A DNA stretch of 64,000 nt, taken from IMG/VR virus record IMGVR_UViG_3300025137_000016; one strand, given 5' to 3'. The stretch comes from a virus. Positions 39,064 through 48,462 of the stretch are shown in pieces; positions within the stretch are counted from its first letter, which is position 1, and every line of letters starts with the position of its first letter. The notes beneath the pieces are model-generated. The model ran no database searches, was not told the origin of the DNA, and saw nothing but the letters and a program-made list of their open reading frames with translations. The position numbers and the translations under genes were made by a program.

Positions 39064-39768
39064 ATGCATATTAATCTTCATGATGATGATCAGTGGAATT
39101 GGAATATAATTGCTACCAGATCAAAACAAAATTTCATGGTCACAAAGGCTATTGGAAAAAAAGGTCAAACTGGAGTCGTTGGGATTCCAAATATTGAAAA
39201 GTGTACATTAACTTGTGTACATACTGGATTTATAGAGATACTAGATGAGAATTTAGAAGTTCTCGGTACGATGGGTCCAGGAGCAAAGTTTCATTATGGA
39301 ATACTTGAACAAGGTCTTTCATTTATGAAACCAGAATTAGGAAGAGTCGATTACTTAGGAAAACCGATTCCTCCACCAGAAGTTTGTAAAAGAGTTGCTA
39401 GTTATACTCATGTTTTATTACGAACAGCTAGTGAAGAAAGTATTTTTTATTGTTGTCACGATCCTAAAGATATGTTTATATGGGAAGGTGATAACTATGC
39501 GTTCGGGAACTTTTCGGGATTTGATACTAGATTTGATTTAGAATTAGATTCGGAATTCGTTATTGAACCAAAAATGGGGACATTCTTTTTCGGATATGAT
39601 GACAACATTATAATCAACGGAAAAAAAGTACCTAAATATAACAAGATAAACTCTTATATATATGATGAACCAATGAGTATTAGAGGTCCAGAAGGAAGTT
39701 CTTTCTCAATCTTTTCTCAAGAGGGTATGTATAAGGAAACAAGTGGTAATCGAAGATACCAAATTTAA
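39064..39768 (+). CDS. Hypothetical protein, not fibre-like (possibly cupin-like)
   Basis: 234-aa ORF with globular composition among S/T/G-rich genes. Confidence 0.7.
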   Translation: MHINLHDDDQWNWNIIATRSKQNFMVTKAIGKKGQTGVVGIPNIEKCTLTCVHTGFIEILDENLEVLGTMGPGAKFHYGILEQGLSFMKPELGRVDYLGKPIPPPEVCKRVASYTHVLLRTASEESIFYCCHDPKDMFIWEGDNYAFGNFSGFDTRFDLELDSEFVIEPKMGTFFFGYDDNIIINGKKVPKYNKINSYIYDEPMSIRGPEGSSFSIFSQEGMYKETSGNRRYQI

Positions 39769-39784
39769 TTTATAGGAAAACTAA

Positions 39785-42700
39785 ATGGCTAAAAAACTCA
39801 TCGCAACAGGTTATACGATTAATGCATCACAGAATCAGATTACTGTGCCAGGGATTATTCAACCTGTAAGACTGCTATTAATTACGGATATTAATCTTAA
39901 TAAAATTTTATATAACTTTGCTGATCCTTCTACAGGATTATCAAACTATTCATTCAACTACACATCAGATACAACTACTTTCACAACATCGTTAGATTTA
40001 TCTGCTGCAGGTGTATTGAACTCACATGGATTACAAGTATTTTATGAAACTGATGTTTCTAAAATTGGGTTTTCAGAAGCGATGCTTGACCCAGTTAACA
40101 AGTTAAGAGTTTCAAATCCAGAAAACTTAATTGATACTGACTTTGAATATGGTCTCCAGTCTTCGAAATGGGAAACCCTTCAAACAGTTTTAAATATTCC
40201 TACAATTTATTCTCAGTCAGGTGATGTTCCTATTGAACAACTATCTGCTGTTACAACAACTTTAAACTCTAAACAAGTTAAGGTGACAACTACTGCCAAT
40301 CATGGATTGACTCTAGGAGATCCAATTCTAGTACAGGGTACGACCCTAAATGCTGCGGATGGTTTCTTCTTAGTATCTGGTTTGACAAATAGTTTCGAAT
40401 TCTTTTATGAAATGGATACTCAAGCAGAATCTTCTGCAACGATTTCAGGTTCATATACTTCAGTTATTCCTGCGAAATTCTTTGAAGGCTCTAACTTAAA
40501 TATTGATTTAACAACTACTGCTATTGAAACAAATGGTGCTGATCCATCTATAATGACTGTGACAACTTCTCAAACTCATGGACTAAAAGCTGGTACCAGA
40601 GTTTATTTAAGACAAACAGTTGGTCCGAAGAACTTAAGAATTGCAGATCCTACTGCTAACTCTTCAACTGCACCTGATGGTGGACCATGGGTTGATACTC
40701 GTGCTACCATTACAACATCAACTACAGTAAATGCTACCACTGCTATCGGTGGAGGTGGTGCTCAAGAATACCCTGTTGTGACTTGGGACTGGGAAGGTAC
40801 TTATCAATTGTATCTACAGTCATCAATGATCAATACAGGATCTGATAGAATTACTTGGACTTCTCATGGTTTTGCAGATAATGCTGCATTGCTTTACCAA
40901 ACTCAAATTAGAGGTCAAACAAATGGTGGTATAGTAGATGGTACAGTTTACTATGTAAATGTTGTTGACGCAAATACAATCGAATTATATTCTGACTACC
41001 AGACTCTGGGTTCACGAATGAATTTAACTTCATTTGATTTTACTAGAGGTCATCCAAGATTAACACTAGTATATAAAATTGAAGGAAATAATGGTAATGC
41101 AAGATATACTGCTTTCTATAAAAGAAATCTAGTTGAAGATAGAGCATTTACCAACGCACAGGCAACTCAAAATACTACTAACAGTCAGTCTTTCAATATG
41201 AGTATTACCACATCAGGTTATACACCTATTAAAGCAACTCTGACTAGAATCTATTATAATGGTAATTTAAATGATTCTGATGAAACTGTTGCTGTTTCAA
41301 TTACAGCTAGAAACTATCTAGGACTTGGTACAGGAAACTATAATGTCACTGTCGGTGGTGTAGGTGCTACTTCAGGAAACATATATCCAAATGAAGATGT
41401 GACTCGTTGTATCTATCAACAAGGTTCTAACTTCTACTTAACAATAAATTACACTCCAACTTCTTCAGTTATTGAAACTGATAAAGCTGGTACAGTGACC
41501 ACAGATTATCAATTAAGTTTCTACGCAGAAACTGACGAACTACCAACTTCAATGAACACAGCTCACTCTGGTTCTGACTTTGCTGCTGGTAATAATAACT
41601 TCGGTCTTGGTGGTTCACAAGGATCTAAATTATTTGCCTTTACTGGTAGAAGCACTGGAGCATCTGGTGGAACTTCTGCAGATAACTATGCAAACAATAA
41701 TGACCAAGCAAGATTTGGTACAGGTATTTTAAGACAAACAGGTGCAGCAACAGGTTCTGCAGTTTCTGGTATTCTTACTGTAAATTCTTCCGACTCTAAT
41801 AATGAAGTGTACTCAAGTAATAGTACGCATGTTTATTATGGTTTCGCAAATGAATTAACTTCATATAGAAATACTATTTACGCACCAGCTCACAACTTTA
41901 TTGATGGCAACTCTGCTGTTATTAATGTGACATCTTATTCAACAACTAACAGATTTGAGTTCGCTGATTCTTCAGGAAATAATGTTCCGATTGCTAATTC
42001 TCAGTTTAATGCTGTGATTACAGTTATCTCAGCTGACTACTTTAGATTACAAGTTTCGGAATCACCGAATACTGATGATATAACAGCTTTCCCTGAATCA
42101 TTCGTAGTTGCTACTGCAACACCGAATACCACTTATAACTCAATTTATATTTCAAACCATAAATTGACTGGTGGTAATTTAGCAACATACTCCACAGCTG
42201 GTACACAGATTGGTGGACTAACAGGTGGTGCTAACTATACTCTACAATACTTAAACGACTCTAGATTACTCATTAAGGATCCTAATCTATCCTCTGGGAG
42301 TGGTTCTGCTACCACGTCAGCCTTTGGGTCAACTTCAAACAATGCGACTCAATCGTTTACTGTAGACATCGAAACACCATTAGGAATTACACCATCAACT
42401 GCTACTATTACACAAATAGGATTCAGAGGTGACTTCAGAAATAATAATGAGTATGTCGACTTGACATTCTCTGATGGAGATGTATATAGAGTTGGTGCTA
42501 CTGGTGGTCAAGATACAAACCAGTTTCTAATTGATGAATCGTTTGGTTCTAAAAATATTTCAAACTTATTATCTGGTTCGCCAAAAACTATTTCTGTCAC
42601 AGTAAGTCCATCCTCTCAGGTAAACTTTGCTGTTGGTGGTATGTCTAACTGGTGGGAATTAAGATTCGGAGTAAGTGCTGCATCTGGTGATGTAATACTA

Positions 42701-45280
42701 TCTTCTGCTGGTTCTGGTGAACAACTATTTGAATTATCTGCAAACGAAGGTGCATACGATGGTGTGTATGGTATTTCCTCAACTCCAACTGCTGCATCCT
42801 TTACACTAACTTCTGAGTTTCAGATTCCTAACAGAGTCATAACATTTGATGGAAATTCAAAAGTAAATAGTGGTACAGATAAAATTACACTAGGAACTTC
42901 ATCTCCATATGTTCCTCATAACTTATATCCAGGAGAGCAAGTCGCATATAGTAATGGTGGCAATACTGATGTTGGTGTATTTACTGATGTATCACAACTT
43001 TATGTTATTGCAAATAACTCAATTGATATTCAGTTAGCATCTTCTTATGCTTCTGCGATTGCAGGAACTGCACTTAACTTAACTGCTACAAGTGGTACTC
43101 ATACATTAACTACCAACTCTCTTGTAAAAATGTCAAGAGCTGATGGTAATGTGTCATTCGCTAATGGCGGAAACATGATTACAGGTACTACCACAACATT
43201 CTTAAAAGATTATAAGAGATTTGATAATATCTATGTTGTTGTGAATGACCTTATTCAAGCATTTATCGTTGATCAAGTTATGACTGATGAGAAAATGAAA
43301 ATTCAAGGAACATTCCCAGCTGCTGGTTCGGATGTTGAATACTTTAAAATTACTCAGCTATCACTACGACCTGATGGATTCGCACTACACAAATCATTTG
43401 ATGGTGGTGTAGATATTACTGCAGGAACTTCTCCTAACAGTAAGATCGTGAGACAGTCTCGTAAATACTTTAGATATCAGTCTGGTAAAGGTATTCAGAA
43501 CTCATTTGCGATTAACTTCTCACCTGCTAAAGTTTTAGCATCTCTAACTTATGCTTCAAGTGGTAATGTTGTCACAGCTATTACACAAGAACCACATAAC
43601 TTAGTTGTTGGTGATAGAATCACAATCGAGAGTGCTGAAGTGACATTGGGAGAAAACTTATATCTTGGTACATTCCAAGTAGCAAGTGTTCCTAATGCGA
43701 CAACTTATACTTACACTGCTGCTGGTACTATTACGCAAACTAAAGCTGCAGGATTCCCAGAATATTATAGAGAATCTTGGAACGACTCGTTTGTTAGAGC
43801 TGGTATGTTTGATGACCAAAATGGATTCTTCTATGAGTACGATGGTCAGAAACTATATTGTGTAAGACGTTCTTCTACTCTACAAATTTCTGGTAAGATT
43901 AACACTACTGCTAACTCTCAAGTTGTGACTGGTACTACTACCTCGTTCACTACTCAGTTGGCTGCAGGAGATAAAGTATCAATCAGGGGACAATCTTATC
44001 AGATTGTTGCTGTTGATTCCGATCAAAGAATGATTGTACAGCCTTCTTATAAAGGTGTATCTGCAAGTAATGTTAAGATTACAAAAACTATCGATGTTAA
44101 AGTAGCACAAGAAGACTGGAGTGTTGACCCATGTGATGGATTAGGTGATACTGGATTTAATCTAAATGTACACAAAATTCAAATGGGATATATTGACTAC
44201 TCTTGGTATGGTGCTGGTAAAATTAGATTCGGTTTCAAAGATAGAGATGGACACGTTCATTACAATCACGAATTTATTCACAATAACAGATTAAACGAAT
44301 CATACTTTAGATCAGGAAACTTACCTGGAAGATATGAAATTGAAAATGGTAATGCACCATCATCAGCTCCTACTCTATTCCACTTTGGTACTTCTATCAT
44401 TATGGATGGTTTATTTGACGATGATAAAGCGTATCTATTCTCAGCTAACTCTAAACCAATGGTGTTTAAAGCTGGTCAAACAGATACCTTTACTACTGAT
44501 GCAGTATCAACTTTCGATCTAATTACTCTAGACAATAAGCGAGTATATGTTTATGCTCTACCTTGTTCACAGGCAGAAGCATCAGCGATATCTGTGGGTC
44601 AGTTAATTAAAGATGCTGAGGGTAGATTGCCAGCTGACTTCTTAGCCTATGTTACACAGGTTATTGTATCTGGTTCAAATTCAAAAGTATTTACATCTTA
44701 TCCTGCTACTTCTAACGCACCTGAAACTTCTACTTATCCAAACATAACATCTGGTGTCACAATGACATATGGAGAGAATGCTTATGGTGCAGGGTCTGCG
44801 GATATGACTAGACCTCACCCACTAATTTCTATTAGATTAGCACCTTCAGTTGATTCAGGTTTAACAGGATCTATCGGTCAAAAAGAAATTGTAAACCGAA
44901 TGATCTTATCACTTAACAACGCAGGTGTAACAACAAACAAAGATGTTACAGCATTCTTTATCTTAAATGGACTACCATCCAAATTAGATTATCTAAATGT
45001 TGAAACCCCTGCTCTTTCACAATTAATTTCTCATGATACAGGTGATACGATTCAGCAAGGTACTGTGGTCTTCTCTCAAAAAGTTTCTTCAGGTTCATTG
45101 AACATTGACTTAACTGATTTGATTGATATGGGTAATAGTATTCTTGGTGGGGATTCAGTATTCCCTGCAGGACCTGACTTAATGACTCTGGCTGTGCAGC
45201 CTTCTGATACTTCAGATATTAGCTCTAGTTCAGCATTCATCGTATCAGGTAAGTTATCATGGAAAGAGTCACAAACATAA
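39785..45280 (+). CDS. Large virion structural/fibre protein (1831 aa)
   Basis: DPVNKLRVSNPENLIDTDFEYGLQ..KWE, RQSRKYFRYQSGKG, WYGAG.IRFG; T..HGL..GD repeats. Confidence 0.85.
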   Translation: MAKKLIATGYTINASQNQITVPGIIQPVRLLLITDINLNKILYNFADPSTGLSNYSFNYTSDTTTFTTSLDLSAAGVLNSHGLQVFYETDVSKIGFSEAMLDPVNKLRVSNPENLIDTDFEYGLQSSKWETLQTVLNIPTIYSQSGDVPIEQLSAVTTTLNSKQVKVTTTANHGLTLGDPILVQGTTLNAADGFFLVSGLTNSFEFFYEMDTQAESSATISGSYTSVIPAKFFEGSNLNIDLTTTAIETNGADPSIMTVTTSQTHGLKAGTRVYLRQTVGPKNLRIADPTANSSTAPDGGPWVDTRATITTSTTVNATTAIGGGGAQEYPVVTWDWEGTYQLYLQSSMINTGSDRITWTSHGFADNAALLYQTQIRGQTNGGIVDGTVYYVNVVDANTIELYSDYQTLGSRMNLTSFDFTRGHPRLTLVYKIEGNNGNARYTAFYKRNLVEDRAFTNAQATQNTTNSQSFNMSITTSGYTPIKATLTRIYYNGNLNDSDETVAVSITARNYLGLGTGNYNVTVGGVGATSGNIYPNEDVTRCIYQQGSNFYLTINYTPTSSVIETDKAGTVTTDYQLSFYAETDELPTSMNTAHSGSDFAAGNNNFGLGGSQGSKLFAFTGRSTGASGGTSADNYANNNDQARFGTGILRQTGAATGSAVSGILTVNSSDSNNEVYSSNSTHVYYGFANELTSYRNTIYAPAHNFIDGNSAVINVTSYSTTNRFEFADSSGNNVPIANSQFNAVITVISADYFRLQVSESPNTDDITAFPESFVVATATPNTTYNSIYISNHKLTGGNLATYSTAGTQIGGLTGGANYTLQYLNDSRLLIKDPNLSSGSGSATTSAFGSTSNNATQSFTVDIETPLGITPSTATITQIGFRGDFRNNNEYVDLTFSDGDVYRVGATGGQDTNQFLIDESFGSKNISNLLSGSPKTISVTVSPSSQVNFAVGGMSNWWELRFGVSAASGDVILSSAGSGEQLFELSANEGAYDGVYGISSTPTAASFTLTSEFQIPNRVITFDGNSKVNSGTDKITLGTSSPYVPHNLYPGEQVAYSNGGNTDVGVFTDVSQLYVIANNSIDIQLASSYASAIAGTALNLTATSGTHTLTTNSLVKMSRADGNVSFANGGNMITGTTTTFLKDYKRFDNIYVVVNDLIQAFIVDQVMTDEKMKIQGTFPAAGSDVEYFKITQLSLRPDGFALHKSFDGGVDITAGTSPNSKIVRQSRKYFRYQSGKGIQNSFAINFSPAKVLASLTYASSGNVVTAITQEPHNLVVGDRITIESAEVTLGENLYLGTFQVASVPNATTYTYTAAGTITQTKAAGFPEYYRESWNDSFVRAGMFDDQNGFFYEYDGQKLYCVRRSSTLQISGKINTTANSQVVTGTTTSFTTQLAAGDKVSIRGQSYQIVAVDSDQRMIVQPSYKGVSASNVKITKTIDVKVAQEDWSVDPCDGLGDTGFNLNVHKIQMGYIDYSWYGAGKIRFGFKDRDGHVHYNHEFIHNNRLNESYFRSGNLPGRYEIENGNAPSSAPTLFHFGTSIIMDGLFDDDKAYLFSANSKPMVFKAGQTDTFTTDAVSTFDLITLDNKRVYVYALPCSQAEASAISVGQLIKDAEGRLPADFLAYVTQVIVSGSNSKVFTSYPATSNAPETSTYPNITSGVTMTYGENAYGAGSADMTRPHPLISIRLAPSVDSGLTGSIGQKEIVNRMILSLNNAGVTTNKDVTAFFILNGLPSKLDYLNVETPALSQLISHDTGDTIQQGTVVFSQKVSSGSLNIDLTDLIDMGNSILGGDSVFPAGPDLMTLAVQPSDTSDISSSSAFIVSGKLSWKESQT

Positions 45281-45292
45281 GAGGACTCAAAT

Positions 45293-45904
45293 ATGGCATA
45301 TCTCGGTAGAGACATATCTTTCGGAAGTTTTGAAAAACAAACCTTTGCGACAAATGGAGCAGATACTAGTTTTAATCTAGACTTCAATTCACCTAGAGAA
45401 GAAGCACTTCTTGTAATTAAAGATGGTGTGGTACTAAAACCTGGAACTGGATATACTTTATCCGCAGGTGGTGTATCAATTAATATTACAGGTGCTGCAG
45501 TTGCTTCATCAGTAGATTTATATTGTATATTCTTAGGAAAAGAGCTTACAGTACAAAATGTTTCTGATAATAGTATTACTCACTCAAAATTATCAACCCC
45601 AATTAGGCAATCAGTAAAGACTGACACAAGTGTAATTCAAGCAGGAGCAACCTTAGTTTCTACTAGACATTATTTTGTAGACACTACTGCTGGTGCAATT
45701 ACAGTAATATTTCCAACTTCCCCAACACTAGGTGACACTGTATATTTATCTGATGCTTATGGAACTTGGAATACCAATAACTGTATTGTAAATCCTAGTG
45801 GTGCTACAATAAATGGTACGTCTGGCAACTCCACACTATCTTCACAATACGATTCAAAGGAATACATATATATCGGTGGTGCAGCTGGTTGGCGAACTGT
45901 TTAA
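45293..45904 (+). CDS. Tail fibre-associated protein
   Basis: MAYLGR N-terminus; YFVDTT.GA.T..P..P..GD and Y....GW C-terminal module. Confidence 0.8.
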   Translation: MAYLGRDISFGSFEKQTFATNGADTSFNLDFNSPREEALLVIKDGVVLKPGTGYTLSAGGVSINITGAAVASSVDLYCIFLGKELTVQNVSDNSITHSKLSTPIRQSVKTDTSVIQAGATLVSTRHYFVDTTAGAITVIFPTSPTLGDTVYLSDAYGTWNTNNCIVNPSGATINGTSGNSTLSSQYDSKEYIYIGGAAGWRTV

Positions 45905-45906
45905 TT

Positions 45907-45915
45907 AACTAAATA
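45907..45915 (+). promoter_or_regulatory. Late promoter AACTAAATA
   Basis: Intergenic, upstream of SD AAGGAG. Confidence 0.72.
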
Positions 45916-45932
45916 GTCGTAAGGAGAAACCA

Positions 45933-46268
45933 ATGGCTGCTATTACAGATATATTCGTTGACCAAGGAACAGATTTTACTCTACAACTTTCTGTTGTAGA
46001 TACTGCAGGATCAGCAAAAAATTTAACTGGGGCAACCATTACAGCTCAAGCTAGAAAAGACTATACCAGTTCTTCAGCGACAGCTTCTTTCACTACAGCA
46101 ATCACTAATGCTGTTGGTGGTATTTGTACAATAAGTTTAACAGCTGCAACTACTGCGGGAATTAAAGCTGGAAGATATATGTATGATGTAAATGTTGTTG
46201 ATAATACTTCAACAACTATAAGAGCAGTTGAAGGAATGATGACAATTAGACCAGAGGTAAGTAGATAA
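45933..46268 (+). CDS. Virion adaptor protein (BppU-N-like Ig fold)
   Basis: DQGTDF, LTG....Q.RK, L....T....GRY.YDV, R.VEG...P.V. Confidence 0.75.
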   Translation: MAAITDIFVDQGTDFTLQLSVVDTAGSAKNLTGATITAQARKDYTSSSATASFTTAITNAVGGICTISLTAATTAGIKAGRYMYDVNVVDNTSTTIRAVEGMMTIRPEVSR

Positions 46269-46269
46269 T

Positions 46270-46572
46270 ATGCCAGAAGTAAAGAGTACCATCGCAACAC
46301 AAGAAGGAGTTAATCCTTCAGTTCCGTCTACAGCTACTCAGACAACAACTGCAGTCGCATCTGCAAGCTCTACCCAATCTGCTACTGTTTCTACAGTAGG
46401 AATACAAGGGGAAAGTGGTACAGCTGTTAATTTAGAAGCAGCACAAAATGTAGATACTGCTACTGATGGTTTAGAAAATGGTTCAGTTCTAGTATATAAA
46501 ACATCCACAAGTAAGTGGCAAACAACAAAATTATTGGACGAAGGTCAGTCTTTCGATTCAGGACAATATTAA
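46270..46572 (+). CDS. Small fibre linker protein ending DSGQY
   Basis: G.QG..G, DVD-like, GSVLVY....KW module. Confidence 0.75.
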   Translation: MPEVKSTIATQEGVNPSVPSTATQTTTAVASASSTQSATVSTVGIQGESGTAVNLEAAQNVDTATDGLENGSVLVYKTSTSKWQTTKLLDEGQSFDSGQY

Positions 46573-46584
46573 TAGGAGAAAAGC

Positions 46585-48417
46585 ATGGCAGCAATTTTAA
46601 GAATTAAAAGATCGAGTACAGGAGGAAATCCATCCACACTGGGAACAGGTGAATTAGCATACTCGGCTCTTACTGATAACGGATCTAATGGTGGCGATAG
46701 GCTATACATTGGTTTCGGTACAGAAACTGGCGGAAACGCAGCAAGTCATTATGTAATTGGTGGTAAATATTTTACAGACACAATCGACGCAGCAGCAAGT
46801 GCTAACACAGCAAATGTTCTTGTAAAAAGAGATGGAAGTGGAAACTTTTCAGCAGGAACTATTACTGCGACTCTAACAGGTAATGCTGCCACAGCAACTA
46901 CAGCTGCAGCTTGGACTGATGCTAGAACATTAACTATCGCTGGTGATGTAGATGGTTCTGGTTCTATTGATGGTTCTGGCGATGTCACAATTACTACTGC
47001 TCTTGATGTAACAGGTGTAAGTGCTGCCACTTACGGATCTGCTTCTCAAGTGCCAAGTATTACTGTTGACGCAAAAGGTCGAGTCACTGCTGCAAGTACA
47101 AATTCAATTTCAACTTCATTCACACTAACTGATGGAACTACTTCTCAAACAATTGCAGGTGGCAATACATTAACTGTCACACCTGGAGAAGGAATAAATG
47201 CTGTCGTTAGTGCTACTGATACATTAACTATTTCTGGAGAAGATGCTACTGATTCTAATAAAGGTGTCGCATCTTTCGGTGCTGGCTTAACAGTTTCTTC
47301 TGGAGCAGTTTCATTAACAAATAATTCAGTCACGATTGGTTCTGACGCAGTTGCTCTTGGAGCAAGTAGAACTGATTTAAATGGCTTAACAAGTGTAGAT
47401 GTTGATAATCTTACAATAGATGGTAATGCTATTTCAAGTACAGACGCAAATGGAAACATAGAACTGTCACCAAATGGTACAGGAACTGTTGTTGTTGCTT
47501 CTGGTTATGAAGGAAGAGCAGGACTAACTTCTCAGTCATTAGTAAATAAAGCATATGTTGATTCTGCTACTGCTGGGTTATCAGTTAAGTCACCTGTTAA
47601 GGTTGCTACAACAGCAAACCTTGCAGCAACTTATAATAATAGTGCTGGTACATTAACAGCAAATTCAAACTTCGCATTATCAGTTGATGGTGTCACAGTT
47701 TCAGTGGGCGATAGAGTATTGGTTAAAGACCAATCTACTGCTCCTCAAAATGGATTCTATAAAGTCACAGCAACTGGTTCAGGTTCTGCTGCTTTCGTTT
47801 TAACTAGAACTCCTGACGCAGATGCTGCTTCAGAGTTAGTCGCTGGTGCTTTTGCTTTCGTTGAAGAAGGTACTGCAAATGCTGACAATGGTTATGTGAT
47901 GGCAACTGATGGAGCTGTCACGCTGGGCACGACTTCTATTACTTTTGAGCAATTCTCAGGAGCTGGTCAGATATCTGCTGGTGATGGATTAGCAAAAGTT
48001 GGAAACGCATTAAGTCTTAATGTAGATGATAGTTCTTTAGAAATTAACGCAGACTCTGCTAGAGTAAAAGCTCTTGGTGTTACGAATGCTATGTTAGCAG
48101 GAAGTATCGCAAATGGTAAACTCGCAAACTCTGCTGTCACAATCAATAGTAATGCACTATCTTTGGGTGCTGCACTAACATTAGATACAGATGATATTGG
48201 AGAAGGTTCAACTAATGAGTACCACACAACTGGTAGAGCAAGAGCTGTACTAAGTGTCACTTCTGGTACTGGGTTATCTTATAATAGTAGTACTGGTGTG
48301 TTCGCTGGAATAAATTCAACAGCATCTGTAAAAGGTGTGGCGTCTTTTGCATCAGCAAACTTTACAGTGACAAGTGGAGCAGTGGCAATAACTGGTGTTG
48401 ATGGCGGAACATACTAA
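46585..48417 (+). CDS. Tail fibre protein ending DGGTY
   Basis: IKRSS...P..L..GELAY N-terminus; NKAYVD, GDRVLVKDQ..QNG.Y module. Confidence 0.85.
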   Translation: MAAILRIKRSSTGGNPSTLGTGELAYSALTDNGSNGGDRLYIGFGTETGGNAASHYVIGGKYFTDTIDAAASANTANVLVKRDGSGNFSAGTITATLTGNAATATTAAAWTDARTLTIAGDVDGSGSIDGSGDVTITTALDVTGVSAATYGSASQVPSITVDAKGRVTAASTNSISTSFTLTDGTTSQTIAGGNTLTVTPGEGINAVVSATDTLTISGEDATDSNKGVASFGAGLTVSSGAVSLTNNSVTIGSDAVALGASRTDLNGLTSVDVDNLTIDGNAISSTDANGNIELSPNGTGTVVVASGYEGRAGLTSQSLVNKAYVDSATAGLSVKSPVKVATTANLAATYNNSAGTLTANSNFALSVDGVTVSVGDRVLVKDQSTAPQNGFYKVTATGSGSAAFVLTRTPDADAASELVAGAFAFVEEGTANADNGYVMATDGAVTLGTTSITFEQFSGAGQISAGDGLAKVGNALSLNVDDSSLEINADSARVKALGVTNAMLAGSIANGKLANSAVTINSNALSLGAALTLDTDDIGEGSTNEYHTTGRARAVLSVTSGTGLSYNSSTGVFAGINSTASVKGVASFASANFTVTSGAVAITGVDGGTY

Positions 48418-48462
48418 GATTAATTTCTTAGTAATTTATATTTTAAATTTTAGGAATGGTTC

